Assembly (NCBI GenBank): GCA_900617105.1
Contig: UYFQ01000733.1
Location: 1-37,351 of the forward strand
Direction: 5' to 3'
Length of the DNA: 37,351 nt
DNA from: Hydrurus foetidus
Lineage: Eukaryota
A program made the translations under genes and the position numbers. The notes under the pieces were generated by a model, which saw nothing but the letters and a program-made list of their open reading frames with translations, searched no databases and had not been told where the DNA came from. Positions 1 through 8,752 of the stretch are shown piece after piece (the stretch's first letter is position 1; each line of letters starts with the position of its first letter).

Positions 1-361
1 GATCAACCAAACTCAACCGGATAGGGACAACGATCGTTCTAACACGAACAAGTTGAGCTCCAACTACAAGGGAAAAAGTAAGTCACAACTTGCTAACCCA
101 AGTACGGACATAATCGAGTACGCTCGAGAATTACCGTCAATGAAACAACTTCTATCAGCTGTACTAACTGAAAACATAGATGATTTCTTACAAGTTCACA
201 TATCTCTACCACAGATCCGATCGCAAATTTCAAACCAAGTCGCGACCGACCTGTCGATCGCAGGGACAACTCGCACCAGGCGGAGAGCAAGGAGGGGGAT
301 AGACACAAATCTTCCTCGTCTTCCTCCTCCTCCTCCAACCAATACGTACCAAACTAGAGGC

Positions 362-660
362 ATGGAAGCCCTAGCCCAAATCGACACTGGATGTCAAGTC
401 GGGGACGTCATCAACGGTAGAGTCCTTCGGGGCCTCCGTGGCAAAACCCACTTGAGGAAATCCGACTCACCCATGTGGATGTGTAGTGGCTTAAATAATC
501 AATGTGTAGAATCTACAAATGTGCTTGATATTGTTGTATCATTTAATAAAGACGATTTAAAACACTCTTTTAGTCTTCCTGTCCGAATAGCTCCGGAGTC
601 AAAAGTCGACCTAATCTTAGGATTACAGACTATAAAAAATTTAAATTTGGTAAAAATAAT
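362..660 (+). other. Retropepsin aspartic protease domain of pol
   Basis: IDTG active-site motif (380-391) and a downstream DLILG motif. Confidence 0.75.
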
Positions 661-1399
661 ACCAGAGTTCTTCCAGAACCTCGATAAAATAACGCCTAGT
701 GCGATACCAGCTTCACCGCTAAAAAAACAAAGGGTGTCGTTCTCGGCTGAGGACGATGCACAAGTACCACACACGGTACTCATAGACACCGAACTACCCC
801 CCCGAGGTAATATCAGCCAAAACAGCGTCAGCAGACACAATCCAAACGGAAATTCCTTTACCGTTACTAACGGAAAAGGACACTGTCCAAAAGGAAAGTA
901 AAATAGCTGATCCAGGGTCCCCACTACCTCCTGGCATTGTTGTCATGGAGGGCATAAATCCCTCGACTACAGACTTTCCCCGGCAGGATAACCTGGTAGC
1001 TCGAGGTGCTTGTACACACAAGACTTGCAACTCTTCATGCGGGTGTTCTACAAGCTCAGCGACGGCAGTTGCTCAGCTTGCTTCCGATGAGTCCATACTA
1101 CGCACCACCAATTTGACAACACTAGTGTTGCCACTTCCGCGTCAGAATGGATCTGGTGTAAAAACCAAAAGGCGTAAGAGAGTAGCTACTCTTACACCCT
1201 CATCCATAACACCAACCGAAACGCGTGGTATTGCGGCAGCTCTACTTAGGGAGGAAGACGAAGACCTCCCTGAGGTTCGGTCTTTCCGTGATAAGGAAGG
1301 GATCGACTACAAGTCGAAGGATACCTTCGCTCCTTTTCAAGACAATCAAAACAACGATTCGATGTACTTAATTGATTTAATACATATCGATGGTACACC

Positions 1400-2300
1400 A
1401 ACTGAGATTGCCGAAATTAAAGCGATTTGCATAAAACACAAATCGCTTTTCAAAAACGAGCTGGGTCCAGAACCCGCTCGAATTCCCCCTTTCGATTTCA
1501 AAAAGGTAAACATACCTCAATGGAAACACTTCCGTAATCGGGGTGCTCCCAGAGTCGCTTCAACGATGCGACAAGAGGAAATCAGAAAACAAATCGTAGC
1601 AATGCTCAAAAGGGAATAATAAAACCATCCGATGCCTCATATTACTCCCAAGTAATACTTGCAAATAAACCAGACGGTTCACTCCGATTCTGCATAGATT
1701 ACAGGAACCTCAATGAGGCAACCGAATCTGCAAGTTGGCCGATCCCAAATATAAAACAAATGTTATACAGACTTGGCGCGCAACGGCCAAACGTATTCGG
1801 CGTAATCGACCTTACGGCCGGATACCACCAAGCCCCAATAACACTGGCGGCACAAGTATTTACCGCATTTATAACATTTATGGGTATATACCAATTCACA
1901 CGACTACCATTCGGTCCCAAGATGGCCCCATCATACTTTCAACAGATGATGGCGTCAATAGTACTACTTGGCCTGATATACAGCATCTGTGAAGTCTATT
2001 TAGACGACATCATCATATATGCTGATGGACACATCCAATTCTGTGAACGTTTAGAAACATTGTTTCAACGTCTAGAAGATAAAAACATTTCACTCAAAGC
2101 TGCAAAGCTAAGACTTAATGTCAAAGTAGTTGAATATGTTGGTAGACAAATATCTAAGGAAGGTATATCAATGAGCTCCAAAAAGATAACGGGTGTGACT
2201 GACTTTCCGATGCCAAGAAAGACAACTGAACTACGTTCGTTCCTCGGTCTCACCAATTACTTTAGGGATCATGTACCAAATCACTCAAATGTGGTAGCAA
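1400..2300 (+). other. Reverse transcriptase domain of pol
   Basis: Motifs RFCIDYRNLN, IDLTAGYHQ, RLPFG, YLDD (1997-2008), YVG and LRSFLGLTNYFR. Confidence 0.95.
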
Positions 2301-2449
2301 AATGATACCAAATCACTACACAAAATGATAGATCACGCCGCCAAAAAGCAAACATTGCTTGTCTGGACAGACGAAGCGGCCGACGCGTTTACGTTAGTCA
2401 AAGATCTTATCTCCAAGAGTCCCTTATTATATTTCATCGACGATGTAGC

Positions 2450-2810
2450 ACCTATTACCCTCATGACGGATGCGTCTGACTACGGTATAGGTGGTTATTT
2501 ATATCAAGAAGTCGACGGAGTCAAACAGCTCGTCGCTCTCGTAAGCAAATCTCTTACCAAGACCCAGTTGAAATGGTCCGTAATACAAAAAGAGGCTTAC
2601 GCCCTTTACTTTTGCTGTGACTATCTCGACGCCCTGCTACGAGATCGTAAGTTTACTATCCTGACCGATCACAAAAATCTTACTTTCCTGCACAAGGATA
2701 AAAACGAGATGGTCGGAAGATGGCGCTGTGCGCTACAGGAATTAGATTTTACGATAGGGTATATCCCTGGGAAAAATAATGAAGTCGCTGACGCAATGTC
2801 ACGCCTATGT
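2450..2810 (+). other. Ty3-type RNase H domain of pol
   Basis: Motifs TDASDYGIGG, WSVIQKEAYA, TDHKNL and NEVADAMSR. Confidence 0.93.
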
Positions 2811-2889
2811 AAAAACAAGATGCCGAAACACATCATAACAGCAATCCTAACTTGCAAACCGCTTGCAGCGGAAATATATGCATACTTAA

Positions 2890-4161
2890 TGCGTGTCCAC
2901 AACTCTACCGTTGGGCACGGAGGATTCAATCGCACTTTGCGAAACCTAAAAAATAGGGAAAGTATGGGAAGGCATGAGACACGATATAAGAGCATACATT
3001 AAACAATGCCCGTGTTGCCAAAAGATGTCTGCTGACAAACAAAAACCCGTCACCCATCGTTTCACAACATCAACATATGCACCTATGGAATGCATAAACA
3101 TAGACTTTATTGGTCCATTCCCGGATAAAGGATACATCCTTGTTATGGTAGACACCTTCACAAGGTTTGTCGAACTATCAGCCACAACTGATAATACTGC
3201 AAAATCAGCCGTAACAGGCCTAATAGAACACATCGGTCGCTACGGAGCTCCCAAATTCCTGCGATCCGATAACGGTTCCCATTTCGTAAACAAAATCCTC
3301 GAGGAATTTGTAAAAGTTGCCGGTACAACACACAACCTTATTCTACCATACTCTTCGCAAGAAAACTCGATAGTAGAGCGTATGAATAAGGAAATTAACC
3401 GACACATCACGGCATTTACATTTGACCGTGCAACTACGGAAAACTACCGAGAAATTTTACCATTCGTACAACGAATTATAAATACGACATTCAACGTACG
3501 GACACAGTCAACAGCAGCAAAGCTTATATACGGCAATGCTATTGACCTTGATGCCAACATCCTTCTCCCTCGAGATGAGATAAACTTAGACATGGCTCAT
3601 GTCACCCATTCTACTGAGAAAATAATGCAGATGCAAGATGAACTCATCAGAATCACTGCTGAACTACTCAAAGAAGCGGACGAGAAACGAAAAGCAGGCG
3701 GTTCCACCGACTACACAACGTTCGAAATCGACTCGTTGGTACTGGTTACCCACCGCACATCAAAACCAACACGCATGCACACTTTATGGAAAGGTCCCAT
3801 GCAAGTTGTCGCAAACGATCTCGACGAGTATACACTACTCGATCTTATTACCAACCGCGAGAAAAGATACCATGTATCAAATATCAAACAATTTGAGTTT
3901 GACCCTACAAAGGTCAACCCAACCGATATCGCCCGACGAGATTATCTCGAATTCTTTATCGAAGATATCCTGGCAATGGAAGGGAACATCCGAGTGGTGG
4001 GAACATTAAAGTTTCACGTCAAGTGGCTAAACTATCCCCACGACAGAAACACTTGGGAACCGTGGAAAAACATGCGTGACGCTGAAAAAGTCCACGAGTT
4101 CTTAATTGCTAAAAACCTTAAACACTTGATTCCAAGTAAATTTGCTGCAAATTATCGTTAA
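2890..4161 (+). other. Integrase (HHCC zinc finger, DDE core, GPY/F-like motif) with C-terminal chromodomain
   Basis: HNSTVGH...CPCC; IDFIGP, SDNGSHF and IVERMN; WKGPM. Chromodomain ~3949-4110: FIEDIL...FHVKWLNYPHDRNTWEPWKNM. Stop at 4159-4161. Confidence 0.93.
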
Positions 4162-4373
4162 CCGATACACAGTATAAAACACAAAGGTTTACAAAAAAAA
4201 AGAAAAAAAAAGACACTAAATCATAAAGATTACTCCCAATTTTCATCCTAACAGATTTTAGGGAGGTTTACTCAGTACGAACTTTATGTTTTCAGTCTGA
4301 GATAGTAGTTTTATGTTAGTATTTAGACATAGATAAGTTTGTTAATGAAAAAATTTAGTACACCTTTTCTTCC

Positions 4374-4384
4374 AAAGAGAGGGG
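4374..4384 (+). promoter_or_regulatory. Polypurine tract (plus-strand primer) of the retrotransposon
   Basis: AAAGAGAGGGG about 210 nt after the pol stop and 4 nt before TGTGAC. Confidence 0.7.
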
Positions 4385-4388
4385 CCAT

Positions 4389-4460
4389 TGTGACCCGCAC
4401 AGCTGTACAGCTGTACGGGTACAGGCGTACGTTCGGTTCGGATCGGGGACGATCCGAGCC
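4389..4460 (+). repeat. Probable start of the 3' LTR (end not determinable without the 5' LTR)
   Basis: TG terminus just after the PPT, with an abrupt shift from AT-rich to GC-rich sequence. Confidence 0.55.
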
Positions 4461-4500
4461 ATCCGATTCATGACTTGCCTATCGCTGTGTTTATCTGTAA

Positions 4501-5086
4501 GCTAACCACATCTCTTTAGCAATAGCACCAGCACACCAGCTGCCTTCCCCTTGCCCACGCGCCCCGTTCCATCAGACCCACCGCTGAGCCCAGAGTTAGG
4601 CCATACAGGGAAGTTCGAGGATTGTATCAATCAACTACAGGAACCTTGAAAACTGAGAGCATCACAAAGCTTCCATTCAAAGATGCTGTTGTGCGCAAAT
4701 TACCTGCAGTTGGTGATGAATTGCGTAAAATCAATCACTTCAAAGACGTTTTTTCAGCTAAAAATACGGAAAAAAGAATTGTTGCAATTATAGTTGAAGA
4801 CAAGCGAGAAAGTGAGGAAGCATTTAAATTTGCTATCGTAACAAAAGAAGCATAGCAATTAAGTAAAGATGACATTTTTGAGTGCAATATTGATGGATCC
4901 ACAAACAAAATAACCATTGCGAAGGGTTTATGGTGCATTACTGTAATATTTATGGAAATTGTACATCCAACCAAAGCAAAAATAAAAATGCCAAGTGAGG
5001 TAGCAAATAATCAAACAATCAACTACTATTGCATATCCCAAAATAGTGTAGATACTATTAGGCAAGACCTTAATGTGAAAGTGTAA
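4501..5086 (+). pseudogene. Unidentified degenerate reading frame (~195 codons, one internal TAG at 4853-4855)
   Basis: The frame of ORF 4622-4855 is open from 4501 and continues past the TAG (QLSKDDIFECNIDGSTNKITIAKGLWCITVIF...) to a TAA ending at 5086, in AT-rich DNA. No family recognised. Confidence 0.3.
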
Positions 5087-5916
5087 ATTTATTTTAATCA
5101 GTCACTATAAAATTACACGTCATCATTGAATTACTGTTGATTTTAATAATTCGTGCTTCACGATTATCACCCATTATTCACGATGAGAATCATGATTGGA
5201 ATTCTTTTGAATTGCCGACTCAACAAGTAGATCAGCGGCAAGTACGATAACCGAGGCTGCACAGACATATTTTGATGCCATATAATGACTTGTCACCGAC
5301 AAAACGACTTCTTGAGATGGAATCAGTTCAAGAATTGATCCTCTGAGGTCCTCCAAAGTCACAGAGTATAAAGAATACTTTATGTAAATGTTAACATGTT
5401 CCACCCCATAGCAGCATTCTGATCATCTCATTTGCTCCAGTGCGAATCGAATCAATCCTTCTACCACATCTCACTCGCTTCTACTGATTTGCTGCTCCTT
5501 GAATCCTGCCATGCAAAAAAATCATGATTTCGTGTCAGATATTGAGCTAGGAAGAACTTTAACTTCCACCGCTCAAGGTCGCAAAAGTCATTAAAAAACG
5601 CTTACTGTCGACCACGATCTTAAGACGAGGGTGACAGCATCATCATAGAGTAAAGTGGGGTTGATAGCACATTTCATTTCTGACAGTTTTGATTTCCGGG
5701 CGATCTCCTGGAAAGCGAAAAGCAGTTATTCCAAAATTGATTGCAGATTCGGACTCACCATTGTCGAGTTACTCGAGAGCAGTTGATAACTTGGAGCTGA
5801 TGGTGCCTTTTATATTCAGTATATGTGTTGAAGATGATCGATGGTCTCCACAGATGTCCATTCGACTTATAAACCGACGCTGACTGTATGTACGGTCGTC
5901 TGATCTTGCATGGGCT

Positions 5917-6369
5917 TAGGGTCTGACCGATCAGAAGTTTCAAAATCCCAAAGCGACGAAATCAGAGCCCCAAAACGTCGGACCCTTTTTCATGCTACAG
6001 ACATGCAAAAATTTAATTTTTATCACTGTTTTGTATGTGTGTCGATTATCTAGTGCCATCACAGTGATTAAAACTACTTTCTGTCAATTTAATCGCTCTT
6101 TTTAAGTCGTTCTTTTTCGCTAAGTATAGCATGATCTGGACATTTAGAAGGACCCAAAATAAAAATAAAATCTAATCCGCATATTAGTTTTCACTTTTTA
6201 GTATCGTTTTGGATGTATCTGGTTAAGAGTCGGACGATGCAATGTCTAAAATTGAAATTCCTTCGATGGTTTGCGAGGAATGTTCACAAAATTGGAAAAA
6301 AATTGACTGAATTTGGTCTCCCATACTAAAACGTCGAAAAAGCGGGGACGTCGGATCAGTTAGACCCTA
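5917..6369. mobile_element. Candidate non-autonomous DNA transposon (MITE-like) with ~21-bp imperfect TIRs
   Basis: Left end TAGGGTCTGACCGATCAGAAG versus reverse complement of right end TAGGGTCTAACTGATCCGACG (17/21 identical). The outer TA may be a target-site duplication. Interior is AT-rich and non-coding. Confidence 0.6.
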
Positions 6370-6545
6370 CACGGCCTGTAAGGGAAAAAATTCTGTATCG
6401 GTCCAAATACAGCGTTTTATATGTTATACGACTCTTTGCTGTATTTCGTAAAACTCTGTATTTCACCGAAACTCTGTATCCCGAAATACAGATTTTCGAA
6501 ACACCGTTTCCGCAAAACGAACCCTAAAATTTTATGCCGTAGACC

Positions 6546-7019
6546 GGATCTGGGATCTGGGATCTGGGATCTGGGATCTGGGATCTGGGATCTGGAATCT
6601 GGGATCTGTGATCTGGAATCTGCGATCTGGAATCTGCGATCTGGAATCTGCGATCTGCGATCTGCGATCTAGGATCTGCGATCTAGGATCTGGGATCTGG
6701 GATCTGGGATCTAGGATCTGGGATCTGGGATCTGCGATCTGCGATCTGGAATCTGGGATCTGGAATCTGGGATCTGGAATCTGGGATCTGGGATCTGGAA
6801 TCTAGGATCTGGGATCTGGGATCTAGGATCTAGGATCTGCGATCTAGGATCTGGGATCTGGGATCTGGGATCTGCGATCTGGAATCTGGAATCTGGAATC
6901 TGGAATCTGGAATCTGGAATCTGGAATCTGGAATCTGGAATCTGGAATCTGGAATCTGGAATCTGGAATCTGGAATCTGGAATCTGGAATCTGGAATCTG
7001 GAATCTGGAATCTAGAATC
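6546..7019. repeat. Heptamer tandem array (GGATCTG/GGAATCT family), ~67 units
   Basis: Mixed units GATCTGG/GATCTGC/GATCTAG/AATCTGG, followed by 19 perfect GGAATCT copies (6881-7013). Confidence 0.97.
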
Positions 7020-8403
7020 GCAATTTATCAACAAAGTTTACGCACGGTACGTAGACAATCAATAACCGGCAAATATAAGGGCATACCAAAATCTGGAAAA
7101 AAATACTGCAACATAAATTCTGTACTAAAATCTTGGAAAATTTACCAAAACACAGCTGTACTAAAATATGGATTCTACACCCTAAAGTAAAGATCGACCT
7201 ACCATTTCATGGAAGTCGTACTTAAAGAGGTGCGCAATACTAATTTTATGATGCTGCGCTTTTATTTCTACTTTAGTTTTGGAATTTTATAATAGGGACT
7301 TCGGGTGATCACGCATAAATCATATCGTTTTACATCTGGTTTTAGTCAGGATTAGAACGACTGGGGGGCGGTCAGGGTTAGGGTTAAGAAATGAGTAGAT
7401 TATTACAGCTGTCAGTAGATATAGGGTTAGAAAAGCCTTGATTTGTTGACGTAGCCTTGATTGGCTGCGCACGAAATAAAATCGGATGATTTTTATCGTT
7501 TGGTAGATCAACAACGGACCCACAGGTATTAGTACAATGGTCTATCTAAATAGTTTATTTCGTCGTTTTTTGTACAACTTTATTGAAATAGTAGAAGTTA
7601 CACATATTTGACTATACAAATCTTGTAGCAGAGAATTACATGTTTTAGTATTTTTACACACGTCTAAGTATCTTTTTCAGTTTTAAAGTATATCTTCAAC
7701 TGATTTAGTATGTCCGTAAATGGGTGCCAATTAATAACTTCATACCAAAACCGTAAAATGAAGCTTCTCTGTAGATCCTGATTTGCAAGACAACATGTTA
7801 ACGATGTGTCTGTAGATTTTGATAGTAATCTTGAGGAAGAGAACAAGTTTAAATATAACATAAATCAGAGTAAAGGTGCTATTCTACAACATTTGGGAGC
7901 TCCTTCCGCACCAATTATTACCATATTATCCGCCCTGTCCCAGAAAGGTAATCCAGCCCCACGACCCAGCCCATTTAACCAGCATTTTATACTTCAGGGC
8001 CACATCAGGGTTACATTTGGCCCTAATCCATCTTGTTGGAGAGCTGTAGTAAAGGCCAAAATTTTAGGCCCGAATTACACTTATCAAGTGAAAAGGGCAA
8101 AAGACTGGTGGGGATTCACGCTACAGTACCCTACCCCTACCCGCCCACCGCACAGAGAGAAATGGAACTTGGACTGGAAGGTGGAAGTAACATCACATCA
8201 GATCTGAGTGTAATATGCAGCATGTCATGGACATGCACCAATCAATCATCGATCATATCGATATGGGCATTGTAAACAGTCGTTGCACTCTCAATCTGCG
8301 AGACTTCACGGTTTGCAAAACGCGGAAGTCTTTAGTTGTCCTATCCTAATGAGTCTACTTCGTCAATTTGTCTCTCCCTACATGTCATGAGAGTCTTGAA
8401 CTT

Positions 8404-8752
8404 ATGATGAAGAGACGTCCTATACTACTACTGAGGAGGAACCTATCATCCGTCAATGACGCACTTATCGACAGCTTTAGTAGACGGCATACTTATCTCA
8501 GGATGTCATTAACAGAAAGATGTAACTTTCGCTGCACTTATTGCATGCCTCTGGATGGTGTGGATCTCACAGATGCTGACAAACTGATGAGTCTTGAGGA
8601 ACAAAAGCGTACGCTTTCGATATTCTCGTCGTTAGGAATGACTAAGCTTCGCTTCACTGGAGGAGAGCCTACCTTAAATAAGAAATTACCTGAGCTGATC
8701 AGACATGCGAGACAAAATAGCGCAATTCAATCGATAGGAATAACAACCAACG
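8404..8752 (+). CDS. moaA: moaA/CNX2 exon 1 (presequence, radical-SAM CX3CX2C at 8521-8544, GGEP)
   Basis: [16 protein letters not shown]...[29 protein letters not shown]...ITTNG; donor G|GTAAAC. The start could be ATG 8404 or 8407. Confidence 0.93.

Larger units (their letters stand above)
2..4161 (+). pseudogene. pol: pol polyprotein interrupted by 4 frameshifts (~800, ~1610, ~2300, ~2950)
   Basis: ORFs 53-901, 945-1619, 1760-2305, 2325-3002 and 2974-4161 join into one polyprotein when the frame is shifted. For example, GIIKPSDASYYSQVILANKPDGSLRFCIDYRNLN continues in the 1760 frame from ~1613. Confidence 0.9.
1..4460 (+). mobile_element. Ty3/Gypsy LTR retrotransposon, chromodomain-bearing (chromovirus-like); 5' part lies outside the window, 3' LTR end undefined
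   Basis: Domain order PR-RT-RH-INT-chromodomain, which is the Ty3/Gypsy order. A polypurine tract (4374-4384) is followed by TG at 4389. Confidence 0.93.

Noticed and set aside
4389..5363. Full 3' LTR ending at GTCACA (5358-5363), the inverse of TGTGAC
   Set aside because: Only a 6-bp match, and there is no 5' LTR or TSD in the window to confirm it.
5174..5943. Minus-strand pseudogene with TGA stops and a possible short intron near 5708-5758
   Set aside because: Stop density is close to random expectation, splicing did not yield a consistent frame, and no domain was recognised.
6421..7034. ORFs with GSGIWDL / QIPDSRF repeats
   Set aside because: These are translation by-products of the heptamer array.
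7372..7430. Telomere or interstitial telomeric array
   Set aside because: Only two or three imperfect TTAGGG-like units.
7806..8207. 133-aa ORF upstream of moaA
   Set aside because: Non-ATG start, no recognisable motif, and it overlaps repeat-like GC motifs.
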